A DNA stretch of 64,000 bases from Paramecium tetraurelia. Its lineage: Eukaryota. Position numbers and translations under genes: made by a program. Position 1 is the first letter of the stretch, and every line of letters starts with the position of its first letter. Shown piece after piece: positions 13,469-26,908 of the stretch. Below the pieces are notes generated by a model. That model was not told the origin of the DNA. It saw only the letters and a program-made list of their open reading frames with translations, and did no database searches. Location: the NCBI GenBank assembly GCA_000165425.1, contig CT868474.1, positions 62,001 to 126,000 on the forward strand. The letters run 5' to 3'.

Positions 13469-15675
13469 TCAATTAAATTTATTTTATGTGTTCTTTCGTT
13501 TTACTTTTTGTGTGAATTCAAATATTAATCTTGGATCCCATGTATCTTTTTTCTATATTGATTTTGATATTACTGCTAAATTCTTATTTTCTGGACTGTT
13601 ATATTAAGTACTTTGAAATGATTGATTAAGTCGTATTTATTATTATTAAAAAGTTAATTACTATTATTATTGTTATTAAATCTAATCACTCTTTATTTTA
13701 TTATGAACCACTTTGATTGACAATCCATTATGAATCGGAGGCACAAAATTAGTTTTCTGAAACTGGAAATTCTATTTTTTTTAGGAGGGTATTAATATTT
13801 ATTGCTGGCTCTGTTCCATTTCTTAATTATTATTAGATTATTGAGTCTTCAATTTAAACTTGTTGGTAGGAGTAATGTCAACTGAGATGTCCTTTATTTG
13901 TGATTAAGTGATATTCATTTATTAATGGAAGCTTGAACTCTTCATTTATCTCTTTTCAATCTTACTTTTGGGCATAGAAAAATACCGAATATTCTCGTAA
14001 TTCTGATTGTTAAAGGAATTTAATTAGGGTTGTTGCAATTTCTTAATGAAACTGATTTCCTTCTTAATGGAAACCTTCTTTTCAAATCTCTTCTTTTGTT
14101 TGGGCTGTTTTTATACAATCATACCATTTTCAGGATCTGAATCGCTTTAGTCTTCAGTACTATAGAGGTCTTGATTAGTGTATTATTGCCTGTTCTTTTC
14201 CAATTCGATTGCAACCTGTTATTTTAAATTAACATTTGTATAGTAGAGTAGTAGACTTTTATACAGATCCTAACCAATTTGCAAGAGATCTGATTGAGTG
14301 AATTACTTGATTTAATAAAACTCATTATATCCAAAAAAGCTGGTCTCTAAAGTAAATATGTCATGAATTTCATTAGGAAAATGTTTCTTAACTAGTTTAT
14401 AAACGAATGCTCGAGCAGTTTTCATTTTGCAGGGTTCAAGTGAGAAGGTGCAGGAATTGAAATCAAAGAACTTGCTAGTGGTTTTAAATATATATGGTAA
14501 TATCCTGCATTAGACTACATCTTAGTCTCCTCTGCAAGTGTACATGAATGAGTTTAATCTAAATTGAATTACTAAAATACTTTTTAGAATGTCCATGCAA
14601 ATCTACAAAGCAAACAATGTTCCTTGTTTGAATGATATTTTTCAAAAGATTTTTGGTTTCGATAATCTAAGAATGCAATTAGGGGTTAGGTTTATGCCAT
14701 TATCGATTCAAGTCCTTCCCACTCAAATCGCATCTAAAATTTCCGCAATCAACTCCATCTGGATTAAAGAGGGGAATGATAATGAAGTGAAACCTTTGAG
14801 TTAGGACTTCATCTTTGTCAAGACTGCTCAAAAAGCCTTAGCAAACAAAAGATGATACAGTTTCTCCAGGATGTTAGCGAGCTATGACGACTATAACATC
14901 GTTATTTGGTGAACCATATCTGAGGATGGGAATTTTGAAGCCGGAGAGGGAGGTGGTGAGGATTTAGTAATCATTTTTAAGGAAGGCATATAGATCGGTA
15001 TTGGTGTAGGGATAGTTAAGAGACAGTTTGAACTTTTTGTGTTTTGAGGGTATGATGACTGAGAGTTGGTATAATTTACACATGTGTGTGGGATACTAAA
15101 ATGATTGATAGATTTACCTTCAATTTATAGTATTGGGAGGATTTGAGTTTGACGTTGGTTTCCAAGGTTTCCCATTTGAATCCATCCTTGATCATGACGG
15201 AGAGACCATATTTTAAGGATTTGTATTCTTTGATCTATATAAGATTAAGGGTATTTACCAGATTGATGATGTGGAAGGTGAGGACTTGGCCTTGAGGGTT
15301 ATTGACTTCGAAATAGAACCATTGGGAATAGCCCATTGTATTTGTATCATCTTATAAAATTAAATTAAATTCGTTGTCCTTTATCTCGTAAGCAGCATAA
15401 AGATTGGCTGATTCGAAATTGGAATTGAACATTCCATTGGTTATGATTGGTTGTGACTTGATGAATTTGTTGTCGTCTAGTAGCAATCCATTGAAATGGT
15501 ATTTGAAATTGTATGAGGTGGTTTGCTTGTGTTTTAAATAGACACATTTTTGTTCAATATTATGTAGGGGTGTTTGGATGTTGACGGATGTGTCAATAAA
15601 GAGGTCTTTGGGTAGTTTTAATTAATAATTATTTTAATCTGATTCTTCAGAAATAAATCCCTCATCATCGTTCAT
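13469..15675 (-). CDS. cytosolic carboxypeptidase (M14D, CCP/AGBL/Nna1-like tubulin deglutamylase)
   Basis: ARQHPGETVSSF (HxxE zinc motif), NPDGVDCGNFRCDLSGKDLNRQW, DLHGHSKK and FTLETSFFGY. Confidence 0.9.
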
Positions 15676-15721
15676 ATTTATTTAATTTTAATTACCCGTT
15701 TTTATAAATTATTATTAAATA

Positions 15722-16807
15722 ATGAAAGTGACAATCGCCCTTGTATTGTTAGTCACATTGGCATCAGCCACATCCACCAAAGACTAGATTCTTGCTCTCC
15801 TTCAAACAGGAACAAAGGCAAGCGACGCCATCGACACTGTCTTTGGCTTATTGAACGATTTGATTCAATCAAATAAGGATGCTCAATTCGCAGCAGATCA
15901 AAAGAATGAAACAGACGAATGGATCGGTGCATAGTAATTATGTTTACTAATACTATAGGACAATCGAGTAATTCACCAAAATCAAGACTTTGAATCAGAA
16001 ATTATTCCAATAATCAATTGAAAACAGAGCCCAATTTGAATAAGACCTCCATGACACAAAGAATTATCTTGCTTGGAACGAACAAAGACAAGACGAAATC
16101 AACAGAAAGATCTAAGTCCTTCTTGACGAACAATGTCTTAGCAATCAACTCTTTGTCAGATCAATCAAACAAAACAGAGAAGCTCTTGAAGTCGTCAGAT
16201 TACTAAAACAAGACGTTGCAGGATACATCATCAACGGAGACTCCTTTGAATTAGTTTAAGTTCACAGTGTCGCTGACAAATTGAAACAATACAGCAACAC
16301 ATTCTAAGAATAAGAGATCCAATCATTCCTCCAATTGGCCAACAAATAAGAAGACGGAGCATCAAGCAGAGGAGCAACCTTGGCAGAAAAAGTCTTGGGT
16401 GTCTTGGAATCCCTTGAAGCCAACCTTTAAGCCTCACTTGAAGCTCTTGAAGTCAATGAAATCAATGCATCCTGGGAATTGGCCGGTTGGGTTTCATTGA
16501 GTGAAGCTGAAGTAGCAAGCCTCAAAGTTGAATACGAAAGAAAACAAGTCTATGCTGACAGATTAGCTACTGTAACATTGTTTAATTAATTATTCTCTAG
16601 TAAATCTAAGCTGCCTTAGCACAATAAGCCAAATCCAAGATCATCCTCCAAGAATCACAAGATGCTTTAGATCAAGCCTTATCTGACTTGGAAAACAAGA
16701 GAGCTGACTATGCTGAAGCCAAGGCCAAAAGAGATGAAGAGAATGCCATCCTTGCCGAAGTCATCACTATGTTCAAGAAATAAGTTGCTTCATGGTCTGG
16801 AAGATGA
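15722..16807 (+). CDS. trichocyst matrix protein precursor (TMP/GRL-like secretory granule lattice protein)
   Basis: Signal peptide MKVTIALVLLVTLASA; acidic heptad coiled-coil (DAIDTVFGLLNDL); higher-GC codon usage; introns at 15934-15958 and 16572-16600. Confidence 0.75.
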
Positions 16808-16877
16808 GATTCATCATTTTATATTCAATATAAATATGAATTCATTTATTCAATGTTTCATACAGCAGGCAGTCAAA

Positions 16878-18673
16878 ATGTCAATATCAGAGACCTATGC
16901 TTAGAAGATCCCCAACATCTTTGAAATCAACACTCTTCTGATGATAACTTTCATATTGTTATTTGTCTGGCGAATAATTACATTGAAGACTAAAACATTT
17001 GCAAATCCACTCAAGATCTTGGGTATAGCTACTTTGAAACTAATACACTATGTTTCCTCCTTATACAGTCTCATCATGTTTTCATTTTTGATGTAAGCAT
17101 CGCTCTTATAATAAGTTCATACGTGGCAGATTAATTGGCCTTTAGGAATCTTAACAAATTCAAAGTGATTTAAATCTTCTTTGTTATTATCATCTTCTTT
17201 TGGGGAACAGACATCAACCTATTTTCACTTACCCTCGTAACTCTAATAGAAAAAATTACTAAAATGGTCATTTAAGCTAATTAAACATAAAAAGAAGACG
17301 AGATCTCCACTATTTTATCTTATGTGTTAGCATTAGGCATAATTCTCACAGTATCCATCTATGAAGTATCATTATTGTAACTCATTAGATATTCATTTCA
17401 GAAGAATTGGAAGGATTCAACATCATGGAATTTCCAATATTCAATTTGCTCATGATAGCCCTATTCTTGTTGGCCTTGTAGAAAATAACCTACAATATCA
17501 CTAAAGAGTAACACAACAAATTCATCGGCGTCATAATGTGTCTCTTATTTTTGATTTACGAGTTGAAAGATAAAATCTTTGATCCCTTCAATCATTAAGT
17601 GATGTGGGTAAGTCTCTCTATTCTAGCTGCTCTAAACATCTTTGAGAACACAGAAGAAGAATCGCAATTGATCCAGAGTAATAATAGAATGCTTGGAGAA
17701 GATGAAATTTCATTCTAAGCATTCATGAATCATTTAAAAAATAATTCAGATTCAAAGAAATTGATGATTCAACTCTCCCTCAACTTTTCATTTATGTTTG
17801 TTGAATTAATCTATGGTTGGATAAGTAACAGTTTGGGATTGATCACTGATTCACTTCATATGCTCATCGATTCAAGTGCATTGGCCATAGCATTGTTTGC
17901 CAGTTTCATGGCTAAAAGAAAAGCTAATTCAACCTACACATTTGGTTTTGAGAGAGTAGAAATCCTATCAGGATATGCTAATGGTGTATTCCTACTATTT
18001 GCAGTTGTTGAAATAATCTCAGAATCCTTTGAGAGAGTCATTACTCCTTAAGAAGTTCTACCTGAAAAGATGTTGGTTGTTTCATTCTTAGGATTGCTAG
18101 TTAATGTGATTGGATTATTCTTCTTTCATAATCATGGGCACATTCATTCAGAAGAAGTGGATGAATAATTGGAAGAAAAACACCATCATCATTGTTCTCA
18201 TCACCATGACCATAATCATAATTTGTCTGGAGTGTATTTACATATTCTAGCAGATGCCTTAGGAAGTGTTGCTTGCATCATTTCAGCTCTGCTTATATAT
18301 TACTATTAGTTCCATATGGCTGATCCCATAGCTTCCATTATTATTTCATTACTCATTCTTACCACAACAATTACCTTACTTAAAGACACTAGTAAAATAT
18401 TGCTGATGCATGTACCTTATTCAGGGAAGAAGGTGTTGGCTGCCATTTCTCATGATGTAATTACTATTCTTAATTTAATTTTAGTTAAATTATAGAGGGT
18501 TTGATCCTCAAGATATGAAATTGTGGTAGTACAAGGAGAAGAAACTGGTTTTTACTGCGAGATTTCAAATCAAGTCAGAAGATGAAGCTTAGATCAAATC
18601 AGAAATAGATGGCATTGTTTCAAAGCATAAAGAGGTAGTAATTAATGCAATTGATTTTGATTATGTTGACTGA
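16878..18673 (+). CDS. cation diffusion facilitator zinc transporter (ZnT5/7, Msc2-like) with extra N-terminal TM segments
   Basis: SNSLGLITDSLHMLID, YTFGFERVEILSGYANG, His-rich loop HHHHCSHHHDHNHN and LHILADALGS. Confidence 0.92.
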
Positions 18674-18715
18674 ATTAATTTTGTGTTAATTTACAATTCA
18701 TATAAATATATTTAA

Positions 18716-21459
18716 ATGGAAGACTAATTTTCTGAAGATTATCACCTCTCTCTTTAGTAAGGTTCAATTTTCTCTATAATTAAGCTTCTGCTAGACTGTC
18801 CGATAGATATCAAGACAAGTTTAAGCCTCATTCTATTCTCTTAGAGTAAAATCCAGTCCCAAACAAAAATACAGATTCATCTCAAATATAAATTTGGGAA
18901 TCGGCTTCCGATACTCCTGTTAAGGAATCCATTTAATAGCCATCAATCAATGGTATCAACCTCAGAAATTCATTGGTTTTGCAAGTAACTCATATTTTTG
19001 ATTAGAATCGAACAATGACTCATATACCGACAGTGAAAAGAATTAAATAAATCATAAGTAGGAACAAACTGATATTGGAAGTCAAAGATAGACTCATGAG
19101 GATAGGCTATATCTACCCCAAAAATGAAAAAACCAATCTCGTTAATTTTCTTAAGGAGACCTATCTTGGAGATTTAAATAAGGATTAAATAAGAAAATAA
19201 ATTTTTTTTGAGCCAATTAAAATTAAAATCCCAACCTTCAGTCCCACTAGTGCATTTATCCTGATTTGGCAAATTTTTAGAATAATTTAAATCATGTTTT
19301 TATTGTGGTGGGTTCCATTCAAAATTGCCTTCACTCCTGAGGGCTCTACTGATATCAGAAATATAGAGTAAGCGTTGGTGTACTTATTGATATTTGACTT
19401 AATAATTAAGTTAAATGTTGGCATAATTGATCAAGGCCAAATTATGAAGGATCGCCTTTTCATCCTCCTCTATTACATCAAATACGAACTGTATGAAGAT
19501 ATCATCTATTTGATTACCTTGATCATTATCATAAGAGAATAGCCAATCGACACCTACCTAATAAAAGAAATAATAGTCTTAACTTAGTTCTCACTCAATT
19601 TCTTTAAATTAAAAAAGAAAATAAAAACTTATGAAGAAACGCTTACTACCTAATCAACTCTAATTGAATTAGCCAATTTGTCCTAATTAATTATAGTAAT
19701 CTTCTACTTCGCCCATTTTATGGCCTGTGTGTGGTATTACGTGGGGATAAAAAGTTTGGATCAATTCAATGAATCTTGGATAATCAAATACGAATTGATC
19801 AACGCTCCGATATCTTACTGTTACGGATATTCATTTTACTGGGCTACTGCCACCATGGTTACTGTAGGGTATGGAGATGTTACTGGGCAGAATATTTATG
19901 AAGTTCTTTGTTCTATAATATTGATGTTTTTGGCCAGTGGAATATTTGCATTTTCTATTAATTCTATTGGTTAGATATTCAGTAACATCGACAACCAACA
20001 ACAAGTGTATAAAAGAACACTCTTGCTTATTAACCATTACATGCAATTTAATGAAGTTTAGTTATCATTGCAAAGCAGGATAAGAAATTATATTAAGTAC
20101 TTTTTCGAATAGGAGAACAAGGGAAGCAAAAGTGAAATCGATTTAGTCTTAAATCAACTGTCAAACAATTTGAGACAAGAACTGTTATAGGATGTGCAAT
20201 TAAGAGTACTGAAATAGGCTGACTTTTTTAGAAACAATTTCTCTCAATCAACAATCAGATTAATTGCTGATCATGTTAAGTTTTAACAATGCACACCTAA
20301 AGAGTTGATTTATAAATAATAAAATAATGACGACAAATCCATTTATATTATTTAAAAGGGAGAAATCTAATTAATTGATGATAATTCAGGAAAGGTCCTC
20401 AAAGTATTTACTAAAGGCTAAAGCTTTGGGGAATTAGAATTTCTCTCCTTTTAAACAAGATTCTGTAGTGCATACAGTGTGACATTCAGTCAACTCTATA
20501 AAATTACAAGAGAAGACTTTCTAAATTTAATTAAGGACAATCCTATGGACTATTAAAAATTTCAACAAATGAAAGATTAAATTTAGTTAAAATATCAGAA
20601 CGATTAATTCAAATGTTATGCATGTGATTAAAAACATCTTATTTGGGATTGTCACTTCTTATTTTATAAACCGAACATTGAAGTATTGATTAAGAAATCT
20701 TTGTTCTACACTGAATAAAAAAGATCTCATTTTAAAAGATCTGATAAAAGATACTTGAACATCTTACACAAGACTCTAGACAATGAAGATTCTATAGAAC
20801 AAACGTAGAAGGTCGGCACTGTTCCATCTGATTCTTCCTCTGAGAATTCCTCATAGGAAAGCAAAACACCAGAAGTGGAATAAACAAAAGTCCGAGACTC
20901 AGTTTCAAAGTTAGGTCAATCACATTAGTCAAGAAAAAGTTCAGCACATAGTAAATAGGGATAAGTAATTATTGAAGATTTTAATTTTCAATTAAATAAA
21001 AGACAATCTAATCGTCAAAGTGTCAGATAGACAGATATTGATACCCCATTGACTCAGAAAAGAAAATCAATGCAATCAATATTCCCTTAGGATGCTAAGA
21101 ATTCCGTATCTGCTACTCAATTGGCTCCAATCAAAGAGGAAATCAGAAAGGAAAATAAGGATTATAATCAGAATTTTAAAAGTTTTCATTAATTAGATGA
21201 ATTAATTGATAACAAGTAATATGATGAAGATGAGATTGATTCAGTATTTTCATTTTAATATTATCTTCCACATAATAATGTGGAAAATGTTTTGTAAGAG
21301 TATTAAAGATTTCAAAAGTAATTTAGATAAAAAAAAATCAAAGTTACAAAAAGTAAGTATATGTTCCACAAAATTACTAAGATTAATAGGCAAAAATAAA
21401 ATAAGCATAAGAAAGATCAAACATCAGCAAATTCTTTAATAATAAGAGAAAATGTATGA
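18716..21459 (+). CDS. cyclic-nucleotide-binding-domain K+ channel (EAG/HCN-like)
   Basis: Pore YWATATMVTVGYGD, C-linker, CNBD (IYIIQKGEI...SFGELEF) and C-terminal YYLPHNN motif. Confidence 0.93.
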
Positions 21460-21461
21460 AT

Positions 21462-24400
21462 TCAATCAATTTTTAATCCTTAGACTTATAAAAGACTTTC
21501 TAAAAACGATGAAAAATCATTATTTCTTTGCACTTTATTGAAAAACTCTTAAGTTATTTCTTTTTTTTCTCTTTTCTTAACTTTATCAGTGAAAAATGAA
21601 TCAATCATCTCTAAAATCGTTTTATTAGTGCGAACATCCTATACAAATGACAGTAAGAATTGATTTTCTAACTCATCCTTTGATATTTCTTCATCCTCGT
21701 TCAAATCAAGAAGATCAAAAAATAAAATGACTTTCTACTCTAACTAACCAAGTTAAAGAGTACTGCATTGTTTGAGGAATAACTGGATTTCAGCTAAATT
21801 CTTTTTCTTCCTAAATAAACAAAAAGCAATTCGATTTAAAAAGATTTTATCCTCAATTCTCAAAGAAGCATCCTCTATTAATATTAACTCCTTAATCGGA
21901 ACAATCTTTTCTACTTAAATTCTAAAATCTCTAAATTCTAATCCAGGACCTCTTAAGTAGTAATCTCCAAATTGATTATACAATTCATTCAATTTAGGTT
22001 ATCCATTTTATAATTGAAGTGGAATGTAAAAGTACTCAATTTTTTTCCAACATCTTTTTGGTTCTGTTATCTTAATTTAAGATTTCATCTGCTTAGATAA
22101 CTCATTTGGCACCATTCTCTAACTAGGTCTATCAATAACTACATTCAATTCTATTTACTCTAATATTTCATTTTTCTTAATCAATAAATTAACATTATGC
22201 GAAGTTTGCTGTGTGATGGTATGTAACTTTTAATAACATGCAGCACAAAATAGTTCAGTGCACTCAATACACTCTAATATTGTTGGATTTTTGCCGCATT
22301 CTTAGCATATTGATAGGGCTTATGATTTTGCTTATAAAAATTACAGCATTCTTTTGACAATTAAAGCATTATCAATTTGATAATATCTAATTTTCATAAC
22401 ACTCTACACTATCATATCATACTCTGTCATAACTATTCTATCTAATTTTCTGTATTTTGAGATGCTAAAGAAATGCTATTCCAATTTGACTATTTCTGCA
22501 TCCAATTACTTAAGTTTAATTTCAGTAGAATATTCCATTTCTCCTTATTCTTTTTTTAGCTTCTTATTATCCTCCCTAATGACAATGAAATACAAATTAC
22601 TTTAATTCTTTATAGTGCTTTTCTAAATCTTTTAATTTGATCTAAGTTTTCTACTATTGTTCAACAAGTTCCCTATGATTTATTTTATCTATCTCTTCAA
22701 TAACCCAATCAGGTCTATCTGGTATTAGTTCTCTGACTAATATTTTGATAAGAGAAACAGCAATCACACAACTCATAAAGTACCATAATTCTAAATCATT
22801 TTGAATAACATAATCTACTTAATCAGTAAACATCCTTAAAGTAGCATATCTGTGCTTGAAATAAAGTAAAACAAAATTAGTAAATACTCCAGTAGCACTT
22901 AGAAATTCCAACACATTAAGCCATTAACCAATACCAGGGACTCTCTCAGATTTTACTCTTTTTGTCATGTAAATCAATTTATATAATTTTACCTGTATAT
23001 CAATTGTATTCATAACAATGCCAACAAATGGCCCTATTGGAAAAGCAGCAGAGAACAAAATAAAATATCCATAATCAGTGATGGCTTCCATAAAATAATC
23101 AAGAGTTCCTTCAAAATCATCTTTTAAGGAATTCAATTCTATTGCATCCACATCTATTTTTGTTTCAAAGGGCATATATTTAAATTTAGGATTCTTAGTT
23201 TCTTCTAATATCTTTTCCTCTAAAACTTCTTCACTCTCTATTTTTAAAACAGGTCTAGCTGCTGATTCTAGTAAATCTACATCTATGTTGTCTTAGGATT
23301 CTAGTTTTGAATTTTTTAAAAACTCATCGTAATCCCAAAATTATTCAATTTCATCTAAGTATAACAGATGTTATTTATTGGTTTATCTCACCTTCTTTTG
23401 CTCAATAGTTATATCCTTTACTTTTTTAAAGTAACTTCTTATGCTTCCTCTCAACAATATTACTGGTATAAGAAAGCTAACCAAAATATAATATGCCTTT
23501 TTTACTAAAACCAATGGAATTATAAAGTAGAAGATATCCTCAAGAGTATATTTATTGGAAGTAACAATGATATACATCAATGGCATATATGAATTAATAA
23601 ACCTGAAAAATACATTCTTGTAAATCAATGACTTTTGATAACTTAATTCAAATTTGTGATTTTCTTGATCTGCATACCATTTAGAAAAGTAGAGGAACAG
23701 AATATTTAAAATCTGTATGGCAATAGCCTACAATGCTCCCAATAAAAATATAAATCCTTTATAAACTATAAGTTCTTATTTAAGTAAATCAATCCCATAA
23801 ACAATGGCAAAACTACAAAATAAAAAAACGGCTAATAGGAAAATGAAAAGTATAAAGTACACTGCCATTTTGGTTATTTATTGATGCTTAGTTAATTTTC
23901 TTGTGATGAAATGGATTTCTTCATCTCCTGAAAACTTATCCTTCAAAGGTCCTTCATAATATGAGGACTCAGCTTATAACATTTAGTCTATGCAACCCCA
24001 TCTTGTGTTGATTTCAGATGTTTTCCTTTTCCACAATTCTATTTATACAGTAGACCATATTGTTACAAATAATACCCAATAAGGTATCAAATCAGAATGA
24101 AAATCATATAAAATTGCATATAATTAAAGTGCAAGTCCTGGAATGGCTATAATTAGTTAAACACACGACAAGTAACTTATCCATGCAAAATAAAATGAAA
24201 TCTATTCCCCAAAATATAATCTCATAGTTGTTAAAGAAGTGAAATTTCTTCCTCTGCCTTCACTAAGATAATCCTTAATCTAACTTATTGGTTAAGGTAT
24301 GAAACCAAAGGATAATTTCTACCATTATCTTTTGACAATTTAAATTCCTCCAGACGTATGCATAGCATAACAGGATTCAACAAGTTTTGATTTGAGTAAT

Positions 24401-26844
24401 GACTCTAAATTTACTGACTTAATTAGATGATCATATACAATTTTTTACCTTTAACTGGATCGGAACGGCTCGAATTTATTTCTTTATTCGGATTTAAATT
24501 ATTCTAAATCATACGAGTCAATCAATTTAATTTACATTTCCATTTCTTCTGCCAACCTCTCCAATTTCTCTTCTTTCAATCTTAACATAATGTAAACTGA
24601 TTCTTTAGCTATAAATGATTGCATCATATATATTTCAAATTCAGCCTTTTATAATAAATCTAATTAAAAATTAATTTATTGATCTATGATTCTTTTTTGT
24701 TCTTCTATTTCTGATCCTTTATGTCTTTTAAAAATATCAATTAAGTTCGTTTTAACTGATTGATCAAATTTCAACACAATGTCCGGTACAAATAATTAAC
24801 TTGAAAATAAAATTAATTGTTCTAAACAATCAAATGAATTAGTTTTTTTCTTTTATTAAAGTGAAGTCGATACATTTAATGGAATTACCTAATTGTTATT
24901 TTTTTTAGCTTTGGCTGTTTTGTGTAGAAAATTCTTATTCTCTCTTTAAACTGAAGACTTGATTGAATCTGGACTCTTCTAAAGCTCATTCTCATTAAAC
25001 TAAGACAAGCTCTTTTATTCTCTTATTGACTTTTAAGCCTGGATTTGCTTCTTTGTTTTAAGTTATGATTTATAAAACTATGATTTTTTAACTATATTTT
25101 CCATTAAGTTATATTGATCTTCAAAGTTAACTAATTATTTCTGTCTTTTTTATTTATGCTTATCAAATATTTCTGCAATCGATTAATGAACCAAATTTTG
25201 ATTTTGAGCATATTTCTTTTTTTTGATTAAACCATCATAATAAATCTACGTAGCAGTATCTTTTGTTAATTGTCTTGCTCTGAAAAACTCATTGTTTTCA
25301 GCCTCAGGATCTGCGTATTTATTCAATAGAAATTTAATTATTTTTTAATCACCATTTAATGATGCCAAATGCAATGCAGTATTTCCATGATTATCCTTTA
25401 CATCAATTTATAGGACGTTCTTACAAAATAATTCCTTAGTCTTATTATAGAACTCTTTATCATTCTTTAATTCATGTTATTGCAAGAATCTTGTAGTTAT
25501 TTTAAGTAATTCTTCCTTGTATTTTAGATCTTGCATTCTATACCTTTCAAGTTCATGGTAATATCTTTCCTTGTAAATTGATGAATCTCTGTTATCTAAT
25601 ATATAAGTTATTCCTGGTAATTCTTATCTACTTATCGTCTCTAAATAGCTAACTAATGCTTTTGAATAGTAGTTTTTTCTGTCTCTATATTTTTTCTATG
25701 GTTTCTTCTTATTAGTTGATTCAGGGCCCCTTATTGACAGATCCAATATTTCCGATTTTATGATTATCTTCAAGGCATCATAATTGTTCTTTGAACAACA
25801 AGCATGCAAACAAGATTAACCCTCCAAAGATTTAATGGGAAACATAATATAAATTCTAGGCAAATTCCTTAAAATATCTTAGATGTCCTTATTAATTGAA
25901 TAAAAACAACACCAGTACAAAACTTTGGTGTATAATAAAGGGTTTTACAATTCGGGCTCGTGCTTGCTACAAATCTCTTGAAGTTATATAAATTCAGCTT
26001 CATTTTTCCCTTTTAATTCACTATTCCAAAATTGCTAGCATTCTGTTAGAAAATCAATTGTTTGTTTTATTATCAGTCGCAATACATTTTCATGCCCGTT
26101 CTTTCCTGCTAAATCCATTGGATAGAGTCCATTGTTATCACACAAAAAAGTATGAGCTTTCTTTTTGAGAAGGAATTACACACTGTATGAGTCCCCATAA
26201 AATGCACACCAATGTAATGGAGCCCATCTGCTATGAGGATTTATACAATTTACATCTGAACCATTTTCTATCAATATCCTTAAACATTCCTATCTATTGT
26301 TTTGCAATTTAGGGTCATTTAAGAAACAGCAAATTTATATGGGGGAACATCCAAAGATATCTTTTTATTGAACATATTTTTTAATTTATTCTTAAACTTC
26401 TAATCCATCGTTGTCCTCAAAATCAAAATCAATCTCAATTATTTCCTCATCATCTTCATTTTTTTAGGGAATCTGTTTCTTCTATTATCTAGTACTTTTG
26501 ATCTTCTTTTTATTATCCTTAAGCAATATTTTATAATCTTCAATTAAAATTTCCAAAACTTTATTATCTTGTCTTAATGCAGTTTAATGAAGAATATTCC
26601 CTATTTGTAAATCATAATAATAAATACTTTTATCCTAATCTTCGACTGTAAAATCACTCTCAAATCTTTAATTTTGATTAGAACCTACATTCTTAATAAA
26701 ATTTTCTTCAATAATCATGTCCTCCTACTCCTCAAATTCATCTCTTGATTGCATTTCAGACCTTACAGATGGCGAGTTCGGACTGCTATTCTACACTTTA
26801 GGGGAGGCGAATTAAGTCCAACTTGAGATTTATTTTTAAAACAT
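21462..26844 (-). CDS. ankyrin-repeat anoctamin/TMEM16 protein with C-terminal coiled coil, B-box zinc finger and EF-hand
   Basis: Ankyrin motifs (WAPLHWCAFYGD, GNTALHLASLNG); anoctamin motifs (MRLYFGEQISFYFAW, WKRKTSEINTRWG, FFRFINSY, LFSAAFPIGP, GIGQW, LIPDRPDWV); CQEC-x8-CIEC-x4-CAAC-x4-H-x7-H; EF loop DLNEDEEISKDE. Confidence 0.9.
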
Positions 26845-26908
26845 AATCAATAATTTGTAAAAAATGTAACTATTTATTAAGGAGAAAAAATCAACAATTT
26901 AACTATAT

